A DNA stretch of 64,000 nucleotides from an uncultured Planctomycetia bacterium. Lineage in GTDB: Bacteria; Omnitrophota; Gorgyraeia; Tantalellales; Tantalellaceae. The stretch lies in NCBI GenBank assembly GCA_964409365.1, contig CAYPCX010000001.1:312699-376698 (forward strand), read 5' to 3'. Under the pieces are notes generated by a model. That model saw only the letters and a list, made by a program, of their open reading frames with translations, made no database searches and had not been told where the DNA came from. Below are positions 53,883 through 63,999 of the stretch, in pieces; positions within the stretch are counted from its first letter, which is position 1, and each line of letters begins with the position of its first letter. The position numbers and the translations under genes are program-made.

Positions 53883-54740
53883 ATGGACCTAAGGGAACTC
53901 AAAAGTTTATGGAAAAAGAAGGGGTTCCGTCCCAGGAAGCGCCTGGGGCAGAATTTCCTGGTGGACAAGAACGTAAGGGACAACATCGTCAATGCGCTCC
54001 CCCTGGACAGCGGTCTTACGGTAATAGAGATAGGCGTGGGTTTCGGCGTGATGACCTTCCCTATAGCTTCAAGATGCGCCAGGCTTTTCGCGGTGGAGAA
54101 GGATAAGGACATTTGCGGGATAATGGGGCCGGTCTTTGACGAAAAAGAGAACATCACGCTCGTAAGGTCCGATATCCTCGAACTGGACTTTTGTGGGCTT
54201 GCCGGCGGAAGGGAAGACGTGCTTGTCTACGGGAACATACCGTATTATATTTCCACCCCCGTAATCGAAAAGATCATCACGAGTTCCCGGTGCGTGAGAA
54301 CCGCCTATCTTGTCATGCAGGAGGAGCTTGCCGACAGGATAGCGTCGAGGCCCGGGCCGAAGTCCTACGGGTCGGTCAGCTGTTTCGTGCAATATTACGC
54401 CGAACCCAGAAAAGTGTTCAAGATAAGCAGGAACTCCTTTTATCCTCGGCCGCAGGTCGATTCGTGCCTTTTAGAGCTCAAGATACGCGAGAAACCCGCG
54501 GTAGAGGTAAAAGATGAAAAGCTCCTGTTCAAGGTTATCCGGAAGGCGTTCTCCCAGAGACGCAAAAAGGCCCTGAACTCCCTTTCTCACGGGGATTTCC
54601 TGTCGATAGAAAAAGGAACGTGGCACGATATCTTTGACAGGTGCGGCATCGACCTTTGCAGCCGGGCGGAAGACCTGTCACTTCCCGATTACGCCCGCGT
54701 GGCGGACGAGGTCTATCAATATAACACAGCTTCTGGTTGA
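53883..54740 (+). CDS. rsmA: 16S rRNA (adenine1518/1519-N6)-dimethyltransferase
   Basis: LGQNFL start, SAM-binding VIEIGVGFG, NIPY motif. Confidence 0.9.
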   Translation: MDLRELKSLWKKKGFRPRKRLGQNFLVDKNVRDNIVNALPLDSGLTVIEIGVGFGVMTFPIASRCARLFAVEKDKDICGIMGPVFDEKENITLVRSDILELDFCGLAGGREDVLVYGNIPYYISTPVIEKIITSSRCVRTAYLVMQEELADRIASRPGPKSYGSVSCFVQYYAEPRKVFKISRNSFYPRPQVDSCLLELKIREKPAVEVKDEKLLFKVIRKAFSQRRKKALNSLSHGDFLSIEKGTWHDIFDRCGIDLCSRAEDLSLPDYARVADEVYQYNTASG

Positions 54741-54792
54741 TTAAGGCGCTGAATTCAATTATAATTATATAATTATAACCGACCGTCATATC

Positions 54793-55104
54793 ATGAACCC
54801 TGAAAAGAAGACGATAACAAAAAAAACAGTCGAACACGTGGCAAGGCTCGCCCGCCTCAGCCTGGACGATAGCCAGGCAGGGAAGATGCAGTCGCAGCTC
54901 TCAAGCATCCTTGATTACATAGAACAGCTTAACGAGGTGGATACGGGAGACACTCAACCCACGTTCCATGTTCTTTCTTCCATGAAGAACGTTTTCAGGG
55001 AAGACGAGCCCAGGGGGTCGATCCCCGTGGAGGACGCCCTGGCCAACGCCCCCGAAAGAAAGGATAATTTCTTTAAAGTCCCGAAGATCATAAAAGAGAA
55101 CTAA
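54793..55104 (+). CDS. gatC: Aspartyl/glutamyl-tRNA amidotransferase subunit C
   Basis: 103 aa, V.HVA.LARL.L conserved N-term; immediately upstream of gatA. Confidence 0.85.
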   Translation: MNPEKKTITKKTVEHVARLARLSLDDSQAGKMQSQLSSILDYIEQLNEVDTGDTQPTFHVLSSMKNVFREDEPRGSIPVEDALANAPERKDNFFKVPKIIKEN

Positions 55105-55106
55105 GA

Positions 55107-56561
55107 ATGGAAGACATCTTTTCAAGCTTTTCGAGTTGTAAGAACTGGCTCGCAAGCCAAAAAGGTACACTTGCCGATATAGCTTCATCCGTGGCGGACA
55201 GGATATCTTCCGCGGACAAGGATATCCGTGCTTTCATCGACGTCGATCGCGAGGAAATAACGTCCGGTGCGCGTGATATCGAAAAGTCGGGTAAGAAGGG
55301 CCGTCTGTGGGGCGTTCCCGTAGCGATAAAGAACAACATCTGCATCAAAGGGCGGCTTACCACATGCGCTTCACGTGTGCTGGAAGGGTTCAGGCCGCCT
55401 TACAACGCCACCGTTATAGAGAAACTTCTTTCCGAAGGCGCCCTTTTGGTCAGTATGGCCAACATGGATGAGTTCGCCTTCGGCTCTTCCTGCGAGAATT
55501 CCTGTTACGGTCCGACCAGAAATCCATGGGACACCTCGCGTATCCCCGGAGGTTCCAGCGGCGGTTCCGCAGCCGCGGTCGCCTCGGGCGAGGTCCCCGC
55601 GGCACTCGGTTCTGATACGGGAGGTTCAATACGGCAGCCTGCTTCGCTTTGCGGCGTGGTCGGGTTCAAGCCGACTTACGGGAGGGTCTCCAGGTACGGT
55701 CTCATAGCTTTTGCGTCAAGCCTTGACCAGATCGGGCCTATAACCCGTAACGTGGAGGACTGCGCTTCTCTGCTCGAGGTCATATCGGGCCATGACGAGA
55801 TGGATTCGACCTCGGTGAACAGGGATGTGCCGCGTTACACCGATAGCCTGTCAAAAGATATCAATGGGATGAAGATAGGTATCCCTTCGGAATATTTCAC
55901 TTCGGGGATAGATAAAGGCGTGAAAGAGCGTGTAGAGGAGGCGATAGAAGTGTTCCGCTCCCTGGGGGCGGAGACCGTGGATGTCTCGCTCCCGCACACG
56001 AAATACGCGGTAAGCTGTTATTACATAATAGGGCCGGCGGAAGCCAGCTCGAACCTCGGCAGGTATGACGGGGTCCATTACGGCCACAGGACAAAAAAGG
56101 CCGGCGATATGATAGAGATGTATATCGCCACGAGGAACGAGGGGTTCGGCGAAGAAGCGAAGAGAAGGATCCTCCTCGGCACATACGCGCTGAGCAGCGG
56201 GTACTACGAGGCGTATTACCTGAAGGCCCAGAAGGTGCGGACAAAGATAGCCGATGATTTCCGGCAGGCGTTCAGGAAATGCGACTGCATACTGACGCCG
56301 ACGTCGCCGACGACCGCGTTCAAGCTGGACGAGAGGATGGACGACCCGCTGAAGATGTACCTGTCTGACATTTTCACCATACCGGCGAACCTCGCGGGCC
56401 TGCCGGCTGTCTCCGTGCCGTGCGGCCTTGACGAAAAGGGCCTGCCGGTCGGTTTTCAGCTGATGGCCGAACCGTTCGCGGAAGAGACGTTGATAAGGGC
56501 CGCCCACGCGTTCGAGAGGAACACGGAACATCATAAGCTTTTTTCGGGCGATAAGCGATAG
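55107..56561 (+). CDS. gatA: Aspartyl/glutamyl-tRNA amidotransferase subunit A (amidase)
   Basis: Amidase signature [12 protein letters not shown], Ser-cisSer-Lys triad context, 484 aa. Confidence 0.95.
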   Translation: MEDIFSSFSSCKNWLASQKGTLADIASSVADRISSADKDIRAFIDVDREEITSGARDIEKSGKKGRLWGVPVAIKNNICIKGRLTTCASRVLEGFRPPYNATVIEKLLSEGALLVSMANMDEFAFGSSCENSCYGPTRNPWDTSRIPGGSSGGSAAAVASGEVPAALGSDTGGSIRQPASLCGVVGFKPTYGRVSRYGLIAFASSLDQIGPITRNVEDCASLLEVISGHDEMDSTSVNRDVPRYTDSLSKDINGMKIGIPSEYFTSGIDKGVKERVEEAIEVFRSLGAETVDVSLPHTKYAVSCYYIIGPAEASSNLGRYDGVHYGHRTKKAGDMIEMYIATRNEGFGEEAKRRILLGTYALSSGYYEAYYLKAQKVRTKIADDFRQAFRKCDCILTPTSPTTAFKLDERMDDPLKMYLSDIFTIPANLAGLPAVSVPCGLDEKGLPVGFQLMAEPFAEETLIRAAHAFERNTEHHKLFSGDKR

Positions 56562-56600
56562 AGCGATAGAAAGAAATGAAAAGGAAAGATAAGATCGAGA

Positions 56601-56669
56601 GGGAAAGGAGCTCCCGTACAGGGAGGATCCACACCGGGCGGAGGGGCCCTGGTAGGGAGCTCCTTTCCT
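56601..56669. repeat. Long hairpin (14-bp arms GGGAAAGGAGCTCCC / GGGAGCTCCTTTCC) between gatA and gatB, possibly a degenerate relative of the ~95-nt element
   Basis: Inverted repeat read directly; its 5' flank aaaaggaaagataag resembles the GGAAAGGAAAG start of the element. Confidence 0.5.
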
Positions 56670-56690
56670 TCCGGAAGTTATCTATACGAC

Positions 56691-58127
56691 ATGAGCGTTA
56701 AATACGAAACGGTCATAGGGCTGGAAGTGCATGTCCAGCTTGCCACGAAGACAAAGATCTTCTGCGGGTGCAGTACGCTCTTCGGCGCCGAACCGAACAC
56801 GCAGGTCTGCCCCGTGTGTCTCGGCCAGCCGGGGGTGTTACCCGTTTTCAACAGGCGGGTCTTCGAGTACGCGATAAAAGTAGCGCTAGCGCTGGGCTGT
56901 GAGATACAAAAGACCGTAAAGTTCGACCGCAAGAACTATTATTATCCCGATCTTCCGAAGAACTACCAGATAAGCCAGTACGACATGCCCCTGGCGTATA
57001 ACGGCAAGATAACCATAACGGATGAGAGCGGGAAGGCGGTCGATATAGGTATCACCAGGGCCCATTTGGAGGAGGACGCGGGCAAGCTCATACACGACGA
57101 ACATCACCCTTTTAGTTACGTGGACCTCAACCGTACCGGCACGCCCCTTTTGGAGATAGTATCGGAACCGGACCTGCGCTCGCCGGAACAGGCATATGAA
57201 TATCTGGTACAGCTCAAACAGATAATAAAATATCTCGGGGTATCGGACTGCAATATGGAGGAGGGAAGTCTCAGGTGCGACGCGAATATTTCCGTCAGAG
57301 AAAAAGGCGCCGGCGACTTGGGCAGTAAGGTAGAGATAAAGAACCTGAATTCTTTCAAGGCTGTCCGGGATGCGCTCGCCTTTGAACGCGACCGGCAGAT
57401 AGACCTTGTCGGGGAAAACCAGAAGATAGCGCAGGAAACGCGTCTCTGGGACGAGGTAAAAGGCGTGACGGTCTCCATGAGGACGAAGGAAGAGGCGCAG
57501 GATTACCGGTATTTTCCGGAACCCGATCTTGTGCCGTTCGAGGTAGACCGCCGGACGATCGATAGGATACGCGGGACGATGCCCGAGATGCCCGGTGAAA
57601 AGAGAGAGCGGTTCATCAGCCGGTACGGGTTGGACGCGCGCGACGTGGATGTGCTTATTTCCGAGAGGCCGTTTGCCGATCTCTTCGAGGAAGTGGTCGC
57701 CGCGTATGACGACCCGCGGGCCGTTTGTAACTGGGTAAGGACAGAGATCATGATGCACATGAAAGAGCGCGGTACCGATATCAAGGGCCTCGGCATAAAG
57801 CCCGGGGACCTCGCCCAGATCATAAAGATGGCGAAAGAGGGGGACATAAGCGGTCTCGCGGCCAAGGAAGTCTTAAGCGCTTATATCGATACCGGCAAGC
57901 CGCCGGGGGAGATCGTCAGAGAGAAAGGGCTCGAACAGGTATCCGACGAAGGCGAGCTGGGAAGCGTTATCGACAAGGTGATAGCGGCCAACGAAAGGTC
58001 CGTTAGCGACTATAAAAAAGGCAAGGCCAACGCCCTGAGCTTTCTTGTCGGTCAGGTGATGAGAGAGACAAAGGGCAAAGCCAACCCGAAGCTCGCGGGC
58101 GAGATGCTAAGGAAAAAACTTTCGTAA
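56691..58127 (+). CDS. gatB: Aspartyl/glutamyl-tRNA amidotransferase subunit B
   Basis: ETVIGLEVHVQL start, CGCS...Q.CPVC zinc site, C-terminal YqeY-like domain. Confidence 0.95.
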   Translation: MSVKYETVIGLEVHVQLATKTKIFCGCSTLFGAEPNTQVCPVCLGQPGVLPVFNRRVFEYAIKVALALGCEIQKTVKFDRKNYYYPDLPKNYQISQYDMPLAYNGKITITDESGKAVDIGITRAHLEEDAGKLIHDEHHPFSYVDLNRTGTPLLEIVSEPDLRSPEQAYEYLVQLKQIIKYLGVSDCNMEEGSLRCDANISVREKGAGDLGSKVEIKNLNSFKAVRDALAFERDRQIDLVGENQKIAQETRLWDEVKGVTVSMRTKEEAQDYRYFPEPDLVPFEVDRRTIDRIRGTMPEMPGEKRERFISRYGLDARDVDVLISERPFADLFEEVVAAYDDPRAVCNWVRTEIMMHMKERGTDIKGLGIKPGDLAQIIKMAKEGDISGLAAKEVLSAYIDTGKPPGEIVREKGLEQVSDEGELGSVIDKVIAANERSVSDYKKGKANALSFLVGQVMRETKGKANPKLAGEMLRKKLS

Positions 58128-58150
58128 CAAAAAGATCCCGGGAGGGATAA

Positions 58151-59476
58151 ATGAAAAAAAGAACCTTTTTAGCGTTTGTAGCGCTGGTCGTGGCCGTGAC
58201 AGCGGTTGTTGCCGTGCGCGCGGCGGAGAAGGAAGAAGGGTTGTTCGCCGACGGCAAGGAACTTTTCAAACAGATCCAGCTCTTCGCGGATTCCGTGACC
58301 ATCATCAGCGCCGATTACGTGGAACCCGTGAAGCCGAAAGACCTTGTTTACGGGGCGATAAGGGGCATGATGGACACCCTGGACGGATACAGCCAGTTCC
58401 TTGACCCCGAAAGTTTCAAGGAGATAACCGAAGAGACACAAGGCGAGTTCGGCGGTCTTGGCATAAAAATAGGTATAAAGGAAGGTGTGCTTACGGTCAT
58501 AGCTCCGATGGAGGACACACCCGCGTACGAGGCGGGCCTCCAGGCCGGTGACAAGGTAGTCAAGATAGATGACGAGGTGACGCGTGACATGTCGCTTGAC
58601 GATGCCGTGAAAAAGCTGAGGGGCGATCCGGGAACCAAGGTCAAGCTGACCGTGGTCCGTGAGGACGAGGTTCTGGAATTCACCGTGACCAGGGCCATTA
58701 TCAAGCTCAAGAGCATAAAAGAAGCGAGCGTGATAGAGAAAGACATCGGTTATGTAAAGCTCGTGGAATTCCAGCAAAGGACGCCCGTGGACCTGAAGAA
58801 GAACATAGAGAAGCTTATACAGGAAGGCGCGAAAGGCCTCATAATCGACGTGAGGAACAATCCCGGGGGGCTTTTGGACGCCTCGGTGGAGTCGGCGGAC
58901 ATATTCCTTGAACCGGGAACGATGATAGTGTACACCGAGGGCCGTGACCCGGAGAAGAGGACGGAGTTCAAGGCAAAAGAGGAGGCTTACTTCCGGGGCA
59001 TTCCGCTGATAGTACTCGTGAACAAAGGGTCCGCGAGCGCCTCGGAGATCTTTGCGGGCGCCATGAAAGACAATAAAAGGGGTATAGTCCTGGGCGTACC
59101 CACTTTCGGTAAAGGGTCGGTGCAGACCGTGATACCGCTGCAGGACAGATCGGCCTTGCGTCTTACCACGGCGGCTTACTACACGCCGCTGGGCAAGAAT
59201 TTGAGGGAAAAGGGCATAGAGCCGAACATCTACGTGGAGAAGGTCCGAACAGAGGACAAAAAGGAAGAAGGGTCCGGGAAGGAAGAAAAAAAGAAGGCGA
59301 AGATCTTTGACAAGCTTATAGATAAGGCCAGGAAGAAGGAAGAAGGGAAGATAGCGCGGAAAGAGCCCCGTGAATATGACAACCAGGTAAGGGCGGCTAT
59401 CAACATACTGAAGGGGCTTCAGATATTCGAGGGATATGAAGAAAAAACAGGGCAAAAAGAAGCAGAAAAAGAGTAA
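58151..59476 (+). CDS. ctpA: Carboxyl-terminal processing protease (S41 family)
   Basis: Signal peptide, PDZ domain (GLQAGDKVVKIDD), S41 catalytic block GPGGLL.AS and K of the Ser/Lys dyad region. Confidence 0.85.
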   Translation: MKKRTFLAFVALVVAVTAVVAVRAAEKEEGLFADGKELFKQIQLFADSVTIISADYVEPVKPKDLVYGAIRGMMDTLDGYSQFLDPESFKEITEETQGEFGGLGIKIGIKEGVLTVIAPMEDTPAYEAGLQAGDKVVKIDDEVTRDMSLDDAVKKLRGDPGTKVKLTVVREDEVLEFTVTRAIIKLKSIKEASVIEKDIGYVKLVEFQQRTPVDLKKNIEKLIQEGAKGLIIDVRNNPGGLLDASVESADIFLEPGTMIVYTEGRDPEKRTEFKAKEEAYFRGIPLIVLVNKGSASASEIFAGAMKDNKRGIVLGVPTFGKGSVQTVIPLQDRSALRLTTAAYYTPLGKNLREKGIEPNIYVEKVRTEDKKEEGSGKEEKKKAKIFDKLIDKARKKEEGKIARKEPREYDNQVRAAINILKGLQIFEGYEEKTGQKEAEKE

Positions 59477-60314
59477 AAAGAAGGGTGAGAAGATCGACCG
59501 GAAATGGCTCGTCTTTACGGCCGCCGGCGCTTTTCTGGCAGGGATCATACTTTCAGCCGCTTTTTTGATGTTGAGACCGCCTGTTAGGGAGGTCCCGGTC
59601 CCTGAAAAAGAAGCGCCCGTTATCCGTCCGGCGGAGAAGGAACCCGTCGTTGCGCTCGTACTGGATGATTTCGGTTACACGCAGAAGAACCTTGAGGGGG
59701 TCAGGGATATAGGCGCGCCGGTCACGCTGGCGGTGCTTCCCAACACGCCGTACGCCGGCGCCGTATGCTCTTTTGCAAGGAAGAACGGAATAGAAGTGAT
59801 ACTGCACATGCCCATGGAGCCCAGGGACAGGACGATCAGCCTCGAAAAGGACACGTTGACCACGGAGATGTCCCCGGCGGAGGTAAGAAATATCATAGAT
59901 GAAGCGTACGCTGCTGTACCCGGGGCAGACGGGATGTCCAACCACCAGGGATCCGGCGCTACCGCGGACGAACAGCTCATGACCGTTGTCCTGGAGGATA
60001 TCAAACAGAGAAGACAGTTCTTCCTCGACAGCATGACCACGGGCAGGTCGGTCTGCGGCGAGGTGGCGGGTCGCCTGAAAGTCCCCTGCGTTAAAAGGGA
60101 TATCTTTCTGGACCACGAAATGGACAGGGAATCGATACGAAAGCAGATGGCGAAGCTTGACAGCATTGCCCGCAGGAAAGGCAGGGCCGTGGCGATAGGG
60201 CATGACCGCGAAATGACGGTATCCGTGCTCCGGGAGGTGGTCCCGAAGATGCGAGAGAACGGGATCAGGTTCATTTCACTTTCGGAAATGGTAGATAAAA
60301 CAGAAGGCAGATGA
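59436..60314 (+). CDS. Divergent polysaccharide deacetylase family protein (YibQ-like)
   Basis: Lys-rich N-term plus TM, then VALVLDDFGY...ILHMPMEP matching pfam04748-type proteins; 41-nt overlap with ctpA. Confidence 0.65.
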   Translation: MKKKQGKKKQKKSKKKGEKIDRKWLVFTAAGAFLAGIILSAAFLMLRPPVREVPVPEKEAPVIRPAEKEPVVALVLDDFGYTQKNLEGVRDIGAPVTLAVLPNTPYAGAVCSFARKNGIEVILHMPMEPRDRTISLEKDTLTTEMSPAEVRNIIDEAYAAVPGADGMSNHQGSGATADEQLMTVVLEDIKQRRQFFLDSMTTGRSVCGEVAGRLKVPCVKRDIFLDHEMDRESIRKQMAKLDSIARRKGRAVAIGHDREMTVSVLREVVPKMRENGIRFISLSEMVDKTEGR

Positions 60315-60360
60315 CAGAAGGCAGAGGACAGAAGGCAGAGGACAGAGGACAGAAGATATG
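60300..60360. repeat. GAAGGCA/GGACAGA heptamer tandem repeat
   Basis: cagaaggcagatgacagaaggcagaggacagaaggcagaggacagaggacagaagat. Confidence 0.8.
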
Positions 60361-61368
60361 TTGACGCTTGGTGTAGAGACGTCGTGCGACGAGACGGCCG
60401 TGGCGCTGGTCGAGGACGGTGAAGTCCTTTCCAGCGAGGTTTCGTCCAGCGTGCATTTACATTCGCCTTACGGTGGTGTCGTACCGGAGATCGCGTCCAG
60501 GTTCCACGTGGAGTATATCTATCCGGTCATGCGCAAGGCCTTGGAAGACGCCGGCCGTACGGTCGGGGATGTGGACCTGGTGGCCGTAACGCAGGGGCCG
60601 GGCCTTCCGGGGTCGCTCCTGGTGGGGATCGCGTTCGCCAAGGCGGTAAGTTTCGCGGATGAGACACCCGTCATCGGTGTTGACCACCTGCATGCCCATA
60701 TATTTTCCTGTTTTCAAAGAGAAGGAAAAGAGAACGTGATCGGCAGTATGTTCCCGTTCGTGGGAGTTGTCATATCCGGAGGGCACACCAGTATATATCT
60801 TTGCAGGGGGATCAGTGATCTTACGGTTATCGGGTCTACCAGGGATGACGCCGTTGGCGAAGCGTTCGATAAGGTGGCCAAAATACTCGGTCTTGGCTAT
60901 CCAGGAGGGCCCGTGGTGGAGAAGCGGGCGGCGGCTCATACGGGAAAGGACGAGATAGGTTTTCCGCGAACACTGCTGGGGGAAGAAGACCTTGATTTCA
61001 GCTTCAGCGGGATAAAAACGTCGGTGCTGTATTATTGGCAAAGATCTGCGAAGACGGAATCCGACAAAAGCAGTATATGTTTTTCTTTTCAGGAAGCGGT
61101 AATGGACGTACTGGTGGAAAAGATCACCCGGGCGGTGCGGACCACGGGCGCCAGACGCCTGGCCGTGGGTGGCGGAGTGGTCAACAATAAGTCTCTGCGG
61201 GAAAGGATAAAAAGGCTCTGCGACGAAGAAGAGGTCGAGCTTTTCCTTCCCGATGGGGATCTTTGTACGGATAACGCCGCTATGGTAGCGGGGTTGGGCG
61301 AGGTCCTTTTTGCCGAAGGCGCGAGGAGTTCCGACCTTTTTCTGAACGCCCGCCCGGCAGGTGTTTAG
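60358..61368 (+). CDS. tsaD: tRNA N6-adenosine threonylcarbamoyltransferase
   Basis: LGVETSCDETAVA start, Kae1/TsaD family HxxH metal motif region, 336 aa. Confidence 0.95.
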   Translation: MLTLGVETSCDETAVALVEDGEVLSSEVSSSVHLHSPYGGVVPEIASRFHVEYIYPVMRKALEDAGRTVGDVDLVAVTQGPGLPGSLLVGIAFAKAVSFADETPVIGVDHLHAHIFSCFQREGKENVIGSMFPFVGVVISGGHTSIYLCRGISDLTVIGSTRDDAVGEAFDKVAKILGLGYPGGPVVEKRAAAHTGKDEIGFPRTLLGEEDLDFSFSGIKTSVLYYWQRSAKTESDKSSICFSFQEAVMDVLVEKITRAVRTTGARRLAVGGGVVNNKSLRERIKRLCDEEEVELFLPDGDLCTDNAAMVAGLGEVLFAEGARSSDLFLNARPAGV

Positions 61369-61387
61369 CAAGGGAGGAGAGTGCGGG

Positions 61388-62044
61388 ATGTCATACGTTG
61401 ATATGTTCATGAGGGTGGTCGTATCGGCGATACTCGGGGGCTTAGTGGGATTGGAACGCGAGATCCACGGATGCGCGGCCGGGCTGAGGACGCATATACT
61501 CGTGTCGATGGGGTCGGCCGTTTTCATGGTGACATCGCTTCTGGTCGCCATGGAGTACGCGTCTGTTTCGGGTACCGACCCCGCGCGTATCGCGGCTAAC
61601 GTGGTCACGGGGATAGGGTTCCTGGGCGCCGGCGCCATCATAAGGTACGGCGCTTCCATCAGAGGGCTGACGACCGCGGCCAGCATATGGGCGGTCGCGG
61701 CCGTAGGCCTTGCCGCCGGCGGCGGTTTCTATATGATGGCCGTGCTGGCTTCGGTCATAATCATAGGCACGTTGTTCCTTTCGCGGCTTGAGGTCAAGAT
61801 GGAGCTGAAGAGGCGCGGCAGAAAACTCGTGGTTAAATTTGACGCTAAGGCCGGTGGAAGCAAAGAGGACATAGAGAACATAATAGAAGCGTACAGCGGG
61901 AGGGTAAAGCAATCGGCGTCCCGGGAGGGAGGGGAAGGAGAGGTGATCTTTTCCTTCGACCTCATTCTTTCAAGGCTTTACCGGGACGACGTTGTGGAGG
62001 AAGTCGCTTCACTTCCCGGGATTAAAAGTGTATACTGGGAATAA
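61388..62044 (+). CDS. MgtC/SapB family membrane protein
   Basis: GLEREIHG.AAGLRTH MgtC N-terminal signature, 4-5 TM, C-terminal ACT-like soluble domain; SD GGGAGG upstream of ATG 61388. Confidence 0.75.
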   Translation: MSYVDMFMRVVVSAILGGLVGLEREIHGCAAGLRTHILVSMGSAVFMVTSLLVAMEYASVSGTDPARIAANVVTGIGFLGAGAIIRYGASIRGLTTAASIWAVAAVGLAAGGGFYMMAVLASVIIIGTLFLSRLEVKMELKRRGRKLVVKFDAKAGGSKEDIENIIEAYSGRVKQSASREGGEGEVIFSFDLILSRLYRDDVVEEVASLPGIKSVYWE

Positions 62045-62082
62045 GGCATTATTGATTTTCGGTATGATTTCAAAAATTAGAC

Positions 62083-62176
62083 GGAAAAGGAAAGAGTATC
62101 CCGTGCTCGAACAGTTTTTGCATTGCCACACCATCAACAGCAAAAAAACTCGCACGTGACACTCTTCCCTTTTGAG
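62083..62176. repeat. ~95-nt long-hairpin intergenic element, copy D (subfamily 2: ...CTCGAACAG...CTCGCACGTGACACTCTT)
   Basis: Direct reading; near-identical to copy E. Confidence 0.85.
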
Positions 62177-62250
62177 TAGCATCGCTCGAAGTGGTTCTGA
62201 CATCAATAATGCAAGCTGATCCCTGATTTGGTAAAAAAAAGGAGGTTGAT

Positions 62251-62802
62251 ATGAGGAAGAGGAAAGAAGAGATTAAACCGCAGACCGAAGAGAAAGTACT
62301 GGACGTGCATGCCGGTATGCAAGGCACGCTGCGTTTCGACGATCCGGTGAACCTGAGGATCAACGGGAGATTCGAAGGCACGCTGGACACCAAGGGCAAG
62401 CTCATGATCGGCCAGAAAGCCGACATCAAGGCCGACATAACCGGCGAGACCATCTCCATAGCCGGAAATGTGAGCGGCAACATCAAGGCGGCGAAGAGCC
62501 TTTCCCTTGACGCCACTGCTAAGCTTGCCGGTGACGTCGAGACCCCGGAACTGGCTATCGAGAAAGGCGCGGTCCTCAACGGACATCTGCGGATGAGCGC
62601 CCAGGGCGGCAGCACCGGCAGTGAGGCCAGGGGCGACTGGATGACGATCAACCAGTTGAGCAAGTATCTCGAGGTGGAATCCAACAAGGTCACCGAGTGG
62701 GCGAACAGCGGCATGCTTCCCGGCACGAGAGAAGGCGGCGAGTGGGTGTTCGAAAAAGCCAAGGTCGACCAGTGGATAGCAGAAGGTAAGGTAAAAGCGT
62801 AA
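62251..62802 (+). CDS. Bactofilin-domain protein fused to a C-terminal excisionase-type (HTH_17-like) DNA-binding domain
   Basis: Bactofilin beta-helix repeats (GTLDTKGKLMIGQKADIKADITGETISIAGNVSGNIKA...) then MTINQLSKYLEV...GMLPGTREGGEWVFEK..VDQWI. Confidence 0.65.
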   Translation: MRKRKEEIKPQTEEKVLDVHAGMQGTLRFDDPVNLRINGRFEGTLDTKGKLMIGQKADIKADITGETISIAGNVSGNIKAAKSLSLDATAKLAGDVETPELAIEKGAVLNGHLRMSAQGGSTGSEARGDWMTINQLSKYLEVESNKVTEWANSGMLPGTREGGEWVFEKAKVDQWIAEGKVKA

Positions 62803-62803
62803 C

Positions 62804-63166
62804 ATGCCGGAAAAACTATTGACACTTCAGGAACTGTCGGAATACCTCGGTGTAAAGCAGGAGAAGATAACCGCGCTTGTCGACGAGGGCGTCATCTCCG
62901 CGTACAGGATAGGCGGCGAACTTCTGAGGTTCAGAAAAGACCAGATAGACGCCACGCGCACCGAGATAGAATCCAGGGTGACCGGGGCCGACAAGATAGC
63001 CGTCAGCGAGGCCCGCAAGAAGGTAAAAGAAAGGGCCCAGCCCCTGAGCGACAGGAGCCGGTCCACGTTCCGGGACAGGATCGCGGATTTCTTTTACTTC
63101 AACGATTTCTATATCGTCTCGGCGGTCCTTATAATCGCTTTATTGATAGTGATCGTGCGCGGATAG
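62804..63166 (+). CDS. Excisionase-family HTH domain protein with a C-terminal transmembrane anchor
   Basis: LTLQELSEYLGVKQEKITALVDEGVISAYRIGGELLRFRKDQID HTH_17 pattern; C-terminal FYIVSAVLIIALLIVIV TM segment. Confidence 0.6.
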   Translation: MPEKLLTLQELSEYLGVKQEKITALVDEGVISAYRIGGELLRFRKDQIDATRTEIESRVTGADKIAVSEARKKVKERAQPLSDRSRSTFRDRIADFFYFNDFYIVSAVLIIALLIVIVRG

Positions 63167-63192
63167 TTTGAACTGTTTCAGCACTGAAATGA

Positions 63193-63283
63193 AACAAGGA
63201 AAGAGCATCCCGTGCTCGGACAGTTTTTACTTTGCCGCGTGATCGACAGCAAAAAAACTCGCACGTGACACTCTTTCCTTTTG
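63193..63283. repeat. ~95-nt long-hairpin intergenic element, copy E (subfamily 2)
   Basis: GGAAAGAGCATCCCGTGCTCGGACAGTTTTTAC-tttgccgcgtgatcgaCAGCAAAAAAACTCGCACGTGACACTCTTTCCTTTT. Confidence 0.85.
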
Positions 63284-63339
63284 TATAGCCGCGTTAAAAA
63301 CAGCCCGAACATGTGAACGCGCGGGAACATTTCAAAGAA

Positions 63340-63999
63340 ATGCGAAAGATATCAAACCATCTCACCTTTATTATCACAGCATTACTGGTCTGCAGTGTTG
63401 TGTCCGCGGACACGGTCATCCTCAAGGACGGGAAGAGGATGAAGGGGCTCATACTGGACGAATACAGCGACCGGGTGGTTTTTTCCACCGTTGAGGGTGA
63501 GAAGACGATAATGAAATCCGACATCCGTTCGGCCGTCTATGACAGCGAAGCGAAAGCCATGATGCAGAAGGGCAGGAACCAGCAGAAAAAAGGGCAGCAC
63601 ATAAAGGCGTACTATACCTACGAAAAGGTGCTCGAGCTCGACCCCGGGCTCGAAGAGGCCCGCCAGCGGTATAACTATCTCAGACGGTTCCTGGAGACGA
63701 AACTCAAGAGGGATATCGTCGATGACGTCAGGGCGCGCGGAGAAAGAGAAAAGGGCGCGGAGAGCATCGACCCTCTTCGGGAGGCCAGGGACGAGCTGGG
63801 GATCGTCCTCGTCCCCGGGGAAAAGTTCGTCCGCGTCGGAAAGGTCCTGGACAGGAATGATACGGTCACAAGATCGGGGATACGCGAGGGGGACAGGATC
63901 GTATCGGTCTGGGGAGAGATGGCCGCGTATCTTGACCCGGATGAAGTGGCCGGTATGATGCTTTCCTCAAGAGAGATAAAGGTAGAGATAGAGCGGACG
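63340..63999 (+). CDS. Secreted protein with TPR-like helix pair and PDZ domain, 5' part (continues past window end)
   Basis: Signal peptide MRKISNHLTFIITALLVCSVVSA, then GIVLVPGEKFVRVGKV...GIREGDRIVSVWGE PDZ-like fold; not in the ORF track because there is no stop in the window. Confidence 0.5.
   Translation, partial: MRKISNHLTFIITALLVCSVVSADTVILKDGKRMKGLILDEYSDRVVFSTVEGEKTIMKSDIRSAVYDSEAKAMMQKGRNQQKKGQHIKAYYTYEKVLELDPGLEEARQRYNYLRRFLETKLKRDIVDDVRARGEREKGAESIDPLREARDELGIVLVPGEKFVRVGKVLDRNDTVTRSGIREGDRIVSVWGEMAAYLDPDEVAGMMLSSREIKVEIERT

Noticed and set aside
56601-56669. Whether the gatA-gatB hairpin is a full member of the ~95-nt repeat family
   Set aside because: It shares only the GGAAAGGA-type outer arm and the overall long-hairpin shape. 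The conserved CCCGTGCTC...CAGCAAAAAAACTG core is absent, so it is listed separately as a hairpin and not counted as a family copy.
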